A DNA stretch of 64,000 nucleotides, taken from assembly GCA_044892505.1 (NCBI GenBank), contig CM097882.1, positions 244,528,001-244,592,000 of the forward strand, given 5' to 3'. The notes beneath the pieces are model-generated. The model made no database searches, had not been told where the DNA came from, and saw only the letters and a list, made by a program, of their open reading frames with translations. Position numbers and translations under genes: made by a program. Shown here one piece after another: positions 12,980 to 24,166 of this stretch. Source of the stretch: Schmidtea nova. Lineage: Eukaryota. Within the stretch, counting starts at the first letter, position 1; every line of letters begins with the position of its first letter.

Positions 12980-15900
12980 CAGCGCCGGCTCTAGCGGTAC
13001 TATCACCTCGATGCAAGTTCCTGTTTAGCGCCCTGAATAAAAAAATATATCAACAAACTCAAATACAAATTAAACTATATTGATTATTGTATATTATTTA
13101 AAATTAAACATTTATTTTTTATCAATTGTAATTAACAGATATCAATTATACATAAAATAAATTGCACGATGAATTCAAAATTTTATTTTTCTTGCTTTTA
13201 TCGAAGCAAATCCATCCAAAATATCATTAATTTTTATTTCTTCGCAGATATCGCTTTCAATTGCAATCATTGCCAACCCAACTAATCTCTCTTGAGAAAT
13301 ACTTGATCGCAAATATGTCTTAATTAGTTTAAGTCTAGAAAATGATCTTTCGCCACTTGCGACAGAAACTGGTAGAGTTAATAGTATCCGCAAAGATATT
13401 GTTAAATTTGGAAATATCCCAAATAAATCATTTGTATATATATATATATACTGTAAAATATTTAAGGGATCATAATTGTTTAGTGGCTTTATTGTATCTT
13501 TAAATATAAACTGTTCATTATATAACTCTGAAGAATTTATGTCTATTTCTTCACCATCAGTTAATACAGTTTGTAAATCGGTACATTTAATTTTCATTAC
13601 TTCATCACCCAAATTATAAATTTCATTGAAATTTATAAGAAATTGAAATTTTTCAGCATGACTATTCAGAAGTTTGAATCTCTCTATTAAGGAGTTAATT
13701 GCACTGTCCACAATTGGAAGAAAGAATGAAATTTTATAGTTCTGTTCCGGGTCTCTCGGCCTCTCATCACTACATTCGTAATTAAACATACGTTGTTTAC
13801 GCCGTCGTAATGGATTTGTTTTAAATTGAGGACAAATATCTACATCTGCCAAGGTTACAGCTTTGTTTATTATATTGTTAAAATTGTCATCTAAGCGGAA
13901 TTCTTTAAAAAAAGTTATTAAATTATTTAAACATTTTGTTGATTCATTTAGGTTGGTACTTGAAGATTGGAACATTTTGCTCACAACATTAATTCTGCTT
14001 AAAATCTCGTACCAAATTATTAGCGAACAAATAAATTCGCAGTCAAGCTTCATTGCTAAAGATTTAGCTTCAGATTTTGTATTATTGTCATTATTTTCAT
14101 TATCGTATATAGCAAGTAAAGCATCTAAATAATCTCCAATATTGTTTCTTAATGGGCTAAGTGCTTCAATTCTTGATTCCCACCGAGTATCCGATAAAGG
14201 TTTGAGCGTAATTTTACTAAATTGTTTTAACACATCCCAACGTTTTGCTGAAGCACTGAAAAAATTATAAAGTTCTTGTATAATACCAAAAAGAATTATA
14301 GTTTCTGAAATAACTTTCGCCGCATCACTGACCACTAAATTCAAGGTGTGAGCCGCACATGGAACAAAGAATGCTCGTGGATTCTCATTCAAAATACGTC
14401 TTTGAACACCGCTATGCTTACCGCGCATATTAGCACCATTATCATATCCCTGTCCACGTAAATGTTTTATATTTAAATCTAATTCTTTTAGTTTTTCAAC
14501 TATGCATCTGAACAAACCTTCGCCGGTAGAATCATTTATTTCTACGAAACCCAAGAAATGTTCTTCTACGGTAATCTGGTTGCTTTCATTTTTGTGGACA
14601 AATCTGACAATTACAGTAGTTTGTTCAGTGTGACTTACGTCGGGAGTACAATTCAATATTATGGAAAAATATTTGGCATTACTTACCCTCTGGATAATAG
14701 CATTCACATATTTTTTTGAAATTAAAGATATTATTTCATTTTGGATATTTTTTCCCAAATAATGGACGGTGTCTTTTTGTATGTTCTGAATTTTCGCGAG
14801 ATGAGTTTCCATTACAATATCAAATTTTGAAAATAGTTCAACTAATTTTAAAAAATTACCATTGTTTTTCTGAAAAATTATATCTGACGAGCCGCGAAGA
14901 GCTAAATTTTGTTTAGCGAGATATTTTATTATTTCAACAATTCTTTCTAACACACTACGCCAATGTCGTTTTTCCCTTTCATATACCTTTTCAAGTTCAC
15001 TATCTATTGTGGTATGTTTCTCCAACTGTTTTTTTAGTTGAACCCGTTTTATAAACGATGTTAAATGTGATCTACTTACTTCATGGAAACTTAATGTCTT
15101 TGATAAATTTTGCCAATTTGAGAAACCATCTGTTGTTAAATGACTTTTTTCACCTGCAAATAATTTGCAACAAGAACAGAATACGCAGTTTTTATAAGAT
15201 GAATATTTGAGCCACGTTCGTAAAACAGTTTCATTATTTGCTATCTTACGATAATAATAATTATTATTAAAACTACGACCAAAATCATCTCGTGGATATA
15301 ATTTATTTTTTATCTGTACCATCGCACCTTGCTCAATAATAACTTTTCGTATTTTGTCATTAATAATTTCCGGCCAAGTGGCTGGATCATTTGAATTAAA
15401 TAAACTAAAATCTTCACTTGCTGTTTCGCTTACTTGCACTGTATTTTCTGTTTGTTGTGGTGAAGATAAATTATATTCAGAAGTTGACATGTTTTCATGT
15501 TCATTGTGTTGATCTGGTAATGCTAAAGAATGTGAATCAGTAACTTTTTCTACTGTGACTGAATGTAGATTTTGCGGTTCATTGTTAGTACTATTTATAT
15601 TTACAGAGCTGTTATCGTTTTTTTTAAAAAATTTTGTCAATTGACCTTTTAGCTTCTTTTCTTGAATTTCTCTCAGCGCTTTTCTTTTCCGGTACTCTGC
15701 TCCAGATAATTTCTTTTTTTCCATTTTTAAAATTTTTGGGTAAGATACTGCAAAATTTTAATAATTTAAAATACATAAAATTGATAAAAACCATTATACT
15801 CACAAAAATGATATTATCCAACAAATTACACTTTTTTTCTTACACTTTAATGTCTAATTCAAATTAAATATTTAACAAAACAAATTATATTTTTTTTATG

Positions 15901-16320
15901 TTATTATTCAACAAATTACAATTTTTTCTTACACTTTAATTGGACATTAAAGTTTAATGTTCAATTAAAATTAAATATTTCACAAAAGAAATCATATTTT
16001 TTTAATGTAATGAATACTATTTAATGTAATGAACAGTACGGAAAAAAATTAAATTAGTTGGAAAATGTGTGTAATTTTATAAAAACAAAATTTATTATGC
16101 GAATAAAAATTCGTTTGAAAAAAAGAACCTACTACGAATAGATTATTTTTCGTGTTATTTTTAATTGGAGCGAAGAAATTTTTTTTTCAAAAAAAAAGGA
16201 TTGGAAATTAGATTTTAAAAAAATTGAAAAAAGTGGATAATCACTTTTCGATTTCAGCGCCCTTTTAGAGTGGCGCCCCGATGCGGTGCATCTTCTGCTT
16301 CCACTGTTGAGCCGGCCCTG
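12980..16320 (-). mobile_element. Full-length hAT DNA transposon
   Basis: TIRs CAGCGCCGGCTC / CAGGGCCGGCTC (1 mismatch); 8-bp TSD TATGTATT / TATGCATT; internal transposase. Confidence 0.93.
13175..15724 (-). CDS. hAT transposase (ZMYM1-like/Tip100 type), open ORF with first catalytic Asp changed to Asn
   Basis: FSIILNCTPD, GQGYDNGANM, CAAHTLNL, TRWESR, C-terminal dimerisation motif LPVSVASGERSFSRLKLIKTYLRS. Confidence 0.93.
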   Translation of the reverse strand: MEKKKLSGAEYRKRKALREIQEKKLKGQLTKFFKKNDNSSVNINSTNNEPQNLHSVTVEKVTDSHSLALPDQHNEHENMSTSEYNLSSPQQTENTVQVSETASEDFSLFNSNDPATWPEIINDKIRKVIIEQGAMVQIKNKLYPRDDFGRSFNNNYYYRKIANNETVLRTWLKYSSYKNCVFCSCCKLFAGEKSHLTTDGFSNWQNLSKTLSFHEVSRSHLTSFIKRVQLKKQLEKHTTIDSELEKVYEREKRHWRSVLERIVEIIKYLAKQNLALRGSSDIIFQKNNGNFLKLVELFSKFDIVMETHLAKIQNIQKDTVHYLGKNIQNEIISLISKKYVNAIIQRVSNAKYFSIILNCTPDVSHTEQTTVIVRFVHKNESNQITVEEHFLGFVEINDSTGEGLFRCIVEKLKELDLNIKHLRGQGYDNGANMRGKHSGVQRRILNENPRAFFVPCAAHTLNLVVSDAAKVISETIILFGIIQELYNFFSASAKRWDVLKQFSKITLKPLSDTRWESRIEALSPLRNNIGDYLDALLAIYDNENNDNNTKSEAKSLAMKLDCEFICSLIIWYEILSRINVVSKMFQSSSTNLNESTKCLNNLITFFKEFRLDDNFNNIINKAVTLADVDICPQFKTNPLRRRKQRMFNYECSDERPRDPEQNYKISFFLPIVDSAINSLIERFKLLNSHAEKFQFLINFNEIYNLGDEVMKIKCTDLQTVLTDGEEIDINSSELYNEQFIFKDTIKPLNNYDPLNILQYIYIYTNDLFGIFPNLTISLRILLTLPVSVASGERSFSRLKLIKTYLRSSISQERLVGLAMIAIESDICEEIKINDILDGFASIKARKIKF

Positions 16321-16412
16321 TATGCATTATTATCTATGTATTATTATCTATGTATTATTATCTATGTATTATTATCTATGTATTATTATCTATGTATTAT
16401 TATCTATGTATT
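16321..16412 (+). repeat. 14-bp minisatellite, right part
   Basis: Six full TATGYATTATTATC units plus a partial unit. Confidence 0.9.
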
Positions 16413-16739
16413 TTTTAGTATAATTTTCAAAATTTTGTTTCGTATTTTGCAAATTCCATTAGCATTGACATCATCATACGTTCCAAATATAATATTATTT
16501 GGTTTAATATCATTTTCCATTTTCATATTTATATTTAAAAAATACAAACTTAATTGATCACATATTGATGTATAATTTGGTTGAACTTTTATGGAATTAT
16601 GTTCTAATAAACTATTTACCGTATTTCCCCGAAAATATGACACTGTCTTATTTCAAATTTAGAACAAAGAATCAAATTAGGTCTTATTTTAAGGTCCATA
16701 TTTTCTAAATAAATATAATTTAATTGCAAGTTGTCATTT

Positions 16740-18023
16740 ATTCAAATATAGTCATGTCATCTAACTCTCCAACATCGTCCCCATTATTATTCTCTCTCGT
16801 CACTGGTTGAATTATCTGGGATTCTAATGCTTGTAACTCCATTGGGCCAAATTTCTCATGTTTGGCAATGTGACTATCTCTGAATGAATAATTTTTATCC
16901 AGATATCCTGCTCGTAATGCGTTACCAACGCTATCATCCGTGATCCCATCCTAGGATTTTTTAACCCAGGATACAACTTCGTGTATGCCTGGCTTGACAT
17001 AATTCCCAAGTTGATTCCGAACCATTCTCTTATCTATATAATCATTTATTTCTGCTCGTATATAATCTTTGAATTGTTTATTTATTGCAATGTCAAGTGT
17101 TTGAAGGTATCCTGTCATGCCGGCAATCATGATCTGATCAATTCTTTTTTCTGCAAGAAAGTTTTTTATGTCTTGTGCACAATGGGTGCTGGCCGAAACC
17201 CATACAAGCATGCCTCTTTTCCCGGATCTCAAAACAGTTGGTAACATTAAATCTGTCCACCTCCTTATAACTGTCTGCGAACACCATGCCTTTTCCGATT
17301 CAAGCACGTATATTCCAGAAATACGCACCAGCTTGTCCTTCTTACCTTTCGTTATTATTTGAGGTGCGAGCTTCTTTCCATCCAATCGAATTCCCAAAAT
17401 ACAAGTCACACACATGCTTTCATAACCAGTCGATGGGATATAGATTGATGATTCCCCTTTTTGTTGATTGTTGTTCGTGATTCTGTACCCATGAACACGG
17501 CAGTTTCGTCCATAGCCACCACGTTAGAGAGTTCATGTTTCGAAAAATCAGTTTTGCCAATAAATTCTTTGAATGCAATAGCACGATTAATAATTTGTGC
17601 ATCATCCAAATTGAATAGGGTCGTTGATCTTCGTAACGAAAGTTCATATCTTGAAAAAAATTGTATAACCAGTGTTTTGAATTCATCGGAAGAAATAAAA
17701 AAATGTGATATCAAAGATAGTGCGAATTTATGAACATCTGTCCTGCTAACAACCAACCCTACAGATATCCTGTTAGCGATCCATTCAAATACAACATCTT
17801 CTAACTCAGGAAACAGCACTTGCCGGCCAGAACCCAACTTACGTTTCTTTGCATGTCCATCAGCTGCCCTTTGAACAAGGTTTTCATATTCGGCTCACCA
17901 TTTACGAACCAGTTAAGATCTAGCTTCTTGTCCTTGCAAAAAAAAAGTAAGATTCTTTCCTTGTGATTCCTCCACGATTGCTTTCTTATATTCGATTAAA
18001 TAGCTTTTTCGATTTGCGCTCAT
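16740..18023 (-). pseudogene. Frameshifted pogo transposase (CENP-B HTH plus DDE_1)
   Basis: GRQVLFPELEDVVFEW, VAMDETAVF, DGKKLAP, LVWVSASTH, GMTGYLQTLDIAINKQFKD spread over several frames. Confidence 0.85.
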
Positions 18024-18442
18024 TATATGGGCAATTAAAATTACAGTAAGATTTGTAAATCTCATACATAATGAATCAAGTTTTAAACTAAATTGAACAC
18101 TTTTATTTATCTCATATTTACCTGGAAGATATATTTAAGTCATGTTCTACTATATAAATCAAGTTTTTTTAAATATTTAATTTTATTTCAAAAAATATAA
18201 TATTTTTTTTAAAATGATAATTATGACATGTTTTTTGAATTGTATTTAGATGGCAATTCTTTAAAACAACGACTTATTTAAAAAATCTTAAATAATAGAA
18301 GTGTTAATCCATATGAGCAAGTATTTTTAGTATTGTTTTTGAATACCATATTGTACCTATTTCTGCACGTTAATTTATATTAGAGATGTTTATGGTAGGT
18401 CTTATTTTCGGGGTAGGTCTTATAATTATTTCGGTCATATAA

Positions 18443-18680
18443 CCCTTTCTAAGGTGGTGGCAATATACTGTATACCATTTTAAACTAATAAAAATATCTA
18501 AGTGTAACGCTGATGCAATGTTACTTAAAGGTAGTGGCAATCATATTGCCACCCCTTCTCCCTAAAAGCCTCTTGTTTTTTTCTGTTTTTATTTTTTTAA
18601 TGATCATTCGTAACTATATAATTGTTATTAATAAACTTTGAGTTTTACATCACTTTTAGTTTCCTTTGCCTTAGAAAGGG
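18443..18680. mobile_element. Small MITE nested in the pogo element (piggyBac-like CCC ends)
   Basis: Perfect 12-bp inverted ends CCCTTTCTAAGG / CCTTAGAAAGGG; TTAA TSD not intact. Confidence 0.5.
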
Positions 18681-19392
18681 TCTTACATGTTAAGTCTTAT
18701 TTTTAGGATAGGTCTTATTATGTGGGAAATACGGTACTAGTTTAGTGTTTGTTATAAGGCTAATAATATTCACTGATTCTTTTGGTGGTGATACACCTGG
18801 TCTCAAGCAATAAACGTAACTATGATACAAGTATGTGTGCACACCTACTTGTTACTCATAGTTACTTTGTTGAAATTATTAATTTTTTCATTTAGCATTT
18901 TTTTTAAATGGCCATCAGGTAAGTTTTTATTAAGATATCTTTTAATGCTTCTATTTTGATATTACAATGATATAAGATCACTATAAAAGCTTTGAAAGTT
19001 TATCTATATGCTGGTGTGTTGGTTAGATTGACAACTGAGATCCTTATGATTTTATACGTTAGGGTGATCTCGCCAACATAAAAACATTCCCCCGCTGACA
19101 CCCATGATGTATCCCTAACTACTCATCATGTTGGTGCTGTGTCAACGTTGTGAAATGACAAGGCAGGTGAGCAACCTTGCGGCTACTATTCCCTTGTTTA
19201 TTCACGGGTCCACCACTACCGTTAGAAGGTGTCTGTGGCTTTCTTTCGGTCCCACTTATGCTCTTTTCTTTTGTCCTAGGGTAATTTACATTTTAGATAT
19301 CTGCAGCTTTAAATGAACCAGGTTTTCATTACCTTTAATTCTCATACATACTTCAACAAACAAGACAAATCAAATCATTCATTTATATACAT

Positions 19393-19940
19393 TTATTTGT
19401 AGTTCAACAATACAGAGGGTCGGATTACGTTTAGTAGCTCTTGCTCAGATAGGCCACTGAGCAAGTCTACTTCGATCCCAAGGCTATCTGCGTATGCTCG
19501 TCTTTCCCTACGCTTTTTCGCTCCCAAGCGATTCCGTCTCTTTGTTCGTTTCGAGCCCTCCAGAATTATTGGGGATGTTGTGGTAGTTGTGATTGGGATG
19601 GTTTCTATTTCCGTTTGGGTACTTGTTGTCGTAGATATTGTGTCTACCCACCGATTAATGGTGCTAGCCCGGATCACTGGGCGTAATTGCTCGGTGATGC
19701 CCTCAAGTAATTCGCCAGCTCCATCTTTAGGGCTGCAATCTCTCTGGCATGTTCCTCAGCTACTCGTTCTGCCCTGTATCTAGCCTGCAGGATGGACTTA
19801 ACCTGCTCTGGGTTAAACCATGTAGTCTTAATTCGCTGGTGCTCGTCGTTGAGCTGTCTCAAGCGGTTTTCTAGGACTCGCGATCGTGCTTTATGTTCTT
19901 TGGCCTCTTGTTTGTGGTTCTTAGTTGAATGTTCGCTCAT
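19393..19940 (-). pseudogene. 3' LTR copy of the 187-aa Arg-rich ORF, frameshifted by the 16-bp deletion
   Basis: Split into ORFs 19674-20021 and 19393-19677, versus a continuous ORF in the 5' LTR. Confidence 0.8.
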
Positions 19941-20129
19941 TTCTGAAAAATGTATCATTAATCGGGTTATGTATGGTTTGTCTGTTCTCTCAGTCACTTT
20001 ATTATTAAACAGGTGTTTCACTTTTAGACCACTTCATGCTCACAAAGTCATAACAAAACCCAAAAATTGAATACATTTATTTTTTAACACACATATCCTC
20101 GTTCTTCGAATGATCGACTTCCTTGCGAT

Positions 20130-20765
20130 TTAGAGGAAGGGTCTTAATTCCTGATCGCTGGTATTCTCGTCGCGACGGATTCCATTCTCCCAATACATTT
20201 CTGGGGCTGGGTTCCAACTCAGCTTGTCTTTGTAGATAAACACCTCCCAGAGGCGAAGCTCCTTGGGCTCGGGGTGTTGTTCCACGGAAACACTTCCTGG
20301 CGCATTGGAATAAGCGAAGACTTCCTCAGTGTAGCGACACCGAGGCCTGTCTAGCAGCGTGTATCCGAGTTTGTGTAGCTCTTTTCCGGTCATCGTTCCG
20401 GTACTTAGCAGCCAGCGGGGTTGCTGTAACTCATCGCAGAATTGATAGAACCATCGGGGGTTCTCCGGCTTACTATGATCCGAGGAGAGTACCCAATCAG
20501 TATCCCCTTCCCACCGCAGCTGTAGTCCAAACGCGCAAGCTGGGGTGTTAGCCGCTAAGCTCATATGGGCCCTCATCCACCGTCGTAGGTGGCGACGTGA
20601 TATTTCTGTCACCTTTCGAGGTGCTTCGTTTTCTCCTCTGACGTTTATGATCGTATTGTGTCGGATGACGGAGCGGGTGCGCCGTTTCTTACGAAGGATG
20701 GTTTCCTCTAGCTTTATCGGGTGCGCGATCATCGACTTCCTTTGGAGATTCTCTAGTTTCACCAT
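20130..20765 (-). CDS. LTR-encoded 211-aa protein (3' LTR copy)
   Basis: Identical translation to 46123-46758; basic RKKRR motif. Confidence 0.65.
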   Translation of the reverse strand: MVKLENLQRKSMIAHPIKLEETILRKKRRTRSVIRHNTIINVRGENEAPRKVTEISRRHLRRWMRAHMSLAANTPACAFGLQLRWEGDTDWVLSSDHSKPENPRWFYQFCDELQQPRWLLSTGTMTGKELHKLGYTLLDRPRCRYTEEVFAYSNAPGSVSVEQHPEPKELRLWEVFIYKDKLSWNPAPEMYWENGIRRDENTSDQELRPFL

Positions 20766-22124
20766 AGTATTTCTAAAGAAAATGGTTGTTTGTTAACTAT
20801 GGATTCTATGGTATAACGGGCCTATTTATATCAGTCAACCCACCCGTTATACTTAATTTTCAACACTCATGTTCAACCACTCAGCTTTAACAGTTTTTAT
20901 TGATCGATAATACTATTTAATCACATTCAATCTCATCAGTCGTTTTCGATTAGTTCCTCATTTAACTAGTAATGATCATGCCATGTCGGGTAATTCTCGT
21001 AAGTTCCTGTGGTCATTGTACACTGGGGTTCATCATTTTATCGGTCCTCAATGCCTGTAATTTGTTTATCATCTCTCCTGGCGACTAAACATAGCTGACA
21101 GAGGTTATCGATTATCCTTAACCATTGATACTAGGTTCACTATGCCCGAACTCGTACGCGCTAAGGTTGACATATACCTACCCTCGTCGTTACCTAATTC
21201 ATAGGCACTAATATTATTCACTACACGTATATCCCTCGTCTAGACCTCGCCACGATATATATCTTTCCCATACCACGGGTTTCTCGTTACGCTCGTTTAC
21301 GACTACTAGTTTATGCTCGATACCCTATCATCGTGATGTATATCGTTTATATTAGATCATCGCTACCTTGATTTCGTTCACAATCATTAGGTCTTACTCG
21401 ATACCCTATGTGCATCCCCTTTTTTCCCCCCACCAAGTATTTAATAAACTTATGGTCCCGCCGCATCAGCACCTCACAACCGAAAGATTGTGTTGCGCTG
21501 AGAGGCCCCAAGAATCCGTCAGGCTGTTAGGCCTCCGGAAAACCTTATTGATTTTAATATGGTTAACAATTATGAGGGTTTATATGAATGATACAAAACA
21601 TAACTCAACCATACCTTTTATTTCCAACTGGTTTCCAATACAAGGTTGTTACAAGTTATCAGTTACAACTTGCACTCGGTAAAAATGACATTACCAAATA
21701 CTGATTTGACTTCAGTATTTATACTCAACCGGTGTTGTTGGTTAGCCAATCAGCATCGAGTATGTGTGTATGTTTGATTCATTATTTTGTGTTGCCGGCT
21801 TTTTGGTGCCTAACTCAACTCAATGATTTATTTGGTTAATCATGCGGTAAGTTTTTCTTAGTCATCAATTTATTTTATTTTATTTTTGTTTTAGGTCTTT
21901 GGTGACATCCGCCCACGCGCTGTCATATTCCAATTTTATCTGCTTCGCATGAGTGAGTTTTGAAGATTTTTGTTGTTTTGATTAATATTTTATTTCTTTT
22001 AGATGTTGCCGCCTATTTTGTTACGCTTTGGTGTTGGTAATTTATTTTGTTGTTATTCTGTATTTAATTTATTTTATTGATTGTACATTATTTTCAGATG
22101 CTGCTCGATTTGGCTGGCCCAACA

Positions 22125-22143
22125 TCACTCGGGGTCCCCTTAA
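22125..22143 (-). promoter_or_regulatory. Putative polypurine tract region
   Basis: Minus strand TTAAGGGGACCCCGAGTGA abuts the 3' LTR; only partly purine-rich. Confidence 0.45.
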
Positions 22144-22327
22144 AATTGCGTCCCGCAATTACATGCATATACCTACATCAACATACATAAAAAGTTCGTG
22201 ACAGAACTTACATGCAAAACCACATAAGGTGGTAGCTTTTATACACATTTATACAAAGTCACACATTGTCATTGTCATGTTTATATTGTTACACAGTTCA
22301 ATGTTTCTGGCTCATAGGGGTTGATTT

Positions 22328-22843
22328 TCAGGTCCTTTCACTGGTTGACTGCATTTCGTATCGGGCTTGGATTTGTCGTAGATGACTTCTCATCCTTTGT
22401 TGGGTTTTTGCTTCACATCTACACATTATCGTTTGTTGTTGTTTGAGGCTTCTGATTCGATATAGGGTATTCGTAATCACGATGATCAGGATGATTGTCA
22501 GTATTGTCATTGTGACTATTCCCACGATGATCCATCTGTTTCGGATTTCGGATTCGATTTGGGTTTGACCTTTGATTGGCTTTAGGTGATCTTGAAATGT
22601 TCTATGGATTTCTCGGATCTTCTCGATTTGATTGAATAGGGTTTGTAAGGGTTTGCGATGATCATGACTGATTCGCATTTGTCGTATTAATTGTTTCAAG
22701 TCTTCTCTGACTTCATTTAGTTGTTTTTCGATCTCCTGGGATATTTCATTTGACAGGGTTCTTTGAATTTCGGTTGTCGAATAGTTCATGATGGTTACTG
22801 TTAACATAATCGTTAGGATGGGTAGGGTTTTGAGCCAGATCAT
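22328..22843 (-). CDS. 171-aa membrane protein: N-terminal hydrophobic segment, coiled coil, TM helix
   Basis: LPILTIMLTVTIM; heptad-rich middle; WIIVGIVTMTILTIILIIVI. Confidence 0.75.
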   Translation of the reverse strand: MIWLKTLPILTIMLTVTIMNYSTTEIQRTLSNEISQEIEKQLNEVREDLKQLIRQMRISHDHRKPLQTLFNQIEKIREIHRTFQDHLKPIKGQTQIESEIRNRWIIVGIVTMTILTIILIIVITNTLYRIRSLKQQQTIMCRCEAKTQQRMRSHLRQIQARYEMQSTSERT

Positions 22844-22916
22844 TTCTGTTTATTCTACTGATTAATACCTGTTACATCGATTTGTACATTTTTACACACG
22901 GATTTTTCGCCTCTTT

Positions 22917-24077
22917 TTACACATCCGTCTCTTCTGGTTCATGGAACCCTTCGTCTTGGAGCTCCATTGGTGGTGGTGGTATAAACGGTAACCACACCAC
23001 TCTACTTCTCCACATTGCGATTTCGTCTTGATACGTTCGGGAGATTTGTATCTCTTCATCTAACAGATACTCCATATAGTCTGATTGTTCGCTCAGAGTT
23101 TCGATTTGTCTTTCCATCTCTTCCACTTTTCTCTTCAGTGTTTCTACTTCTGTTGGTTCGGTTTCTATTTCTGGGGTTTCTTTCTCTGCTTTCAGGGTTA
23201 TTATTTGTTGTTTCAGCTCCTCGTTTTCTTTCGTCAAGTTCGTTATATTTTCCTCGTAAGCTCGGTTTGATTCCGCATGCCTTTCTTTCACTGCTTTCAA
23301 CTCCATTTTCTTTTGAGTCACTACTCCTTGGTAACCATTTACATCTCTTTCCAGACTTTCTTTTTCCCTGATCAACTTTTGTCTTTCCGCTTCCTCTTTT
23401 TGTCTAATGCCTCGCATTTCTCCATTTATCATCTGTATTTGCCATTGCGTTTTCTTTAGTTCCTTTGCCTGTTCTCGAATAAATCGCTGTCGTTTTCGAC
23501 TCCATTCTTTGTTTGCTTGTTCTTGTCGTTTTCTCTGTTCTAATTCCTCTTTTAATTCGTCTATCTCTTGATACAGTTTCCAATCTTCGCTGTATGCTGT
23601 CTTTCTGATTATCTCTTTGGCCTCTTTATACACTCGTTTCGACTCCATTTTCCAATGTCTCGCTTGAGCCTTGATTGCTAGTATTTTTTCCTCCATCTTT
23701 TCCTCTTGTTTCTCCCTCTCTTCTCTTCGCGTTTTCATCATATTTTTATAATGTTCTGCTTGTTTCCTCATCAACTGATAGGTTTCCTCTATCTTCTGCC
23801 GACTTCGTACATTCGTTCCTTTTAGCTTCTCTATTTGGGCTGTCAGTTGTACTATCTCTTTATTCACTTCCTCGAGTTCTAGTTGATATAACTCCATTCG
23901 TCGTTCGCATTCTAGTTTCTCGTAGAAATTGTTTGTCATCACTTCGTGTAATTCTCTGGTTCTTTGTTCCACTTCCATTTTACATCTCCTTTCGATTTCT
24001 CTTTCTATTGTTTCTTGTTCGTTCAACATCTCGCTTCTCGTTTCATCTTCGATTACATGTTCATTTGCGTTTTCCAT
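22917..24077 (-). CDS. 386-aa long coiled-coil protein
   Basis: E/K/R/Q-rich heptad pattern throughout; element-like codon usage; proline run near the C-terminus. Confidence 0.8.
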   Translation of the reverse strand: MENANEHVIEDETRSEMLNEQETIEREIERRCKMEVEQRTRELHEVMTNNFYEKLECERRMELYQLELEEVNKEIVQLTAQIEKLKGTNVRSRQKIEETYQLMRKQAEHYKNMMKTRREEREKQEEKMEEKILAIKAQARHWKMESKRVYKEAKEIIRKTAYSEDWKLYQEIDELKEELEQRKRQEQANKEWSRKRQRFIREQAKELKKTQWQIQMINGEMRGIRQKEEAERQKLIREKESLERDVNGYQGVVTQKKMELKAVKERHAESNRAYEENITNLTKENEELKQQIITLKAEKETPEIETEPTEVETLKRKVEEMERQIETLSEQSDYMEYLLDEEIQISRTYQDEIAMWRSRVVWLPFIPPPPMELQDEGFHEPEETDV

Positions 24078-24166
24078 TCTGTAATTTACAAATTTACACT
24101 TGTTATACTACACGTTTATTGTTGTTGTCGATTTTTACACTTTATTTACAGGGTCGTTCATTCTGA

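Larger units (their letters stand above)
16619..18734 (-). mobile_element. pogo/Tigger-like Tc1-mariner DNA transposon
   Basis: TIR CCGTATTTCCC at both ends, TA flanks (16617-16618, 18735-18736), subterminal GGTCTTATT repeats. Confidence 0.85.
19009..22124 (-). repeat. 3' LTR (3116 bp)
   Basis: Direct repeat of 44986-48117; lacks 16 bp (AACTCCTTGGTTGATG) and shows three substitutions that I could spot. Confidence 0.97.
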
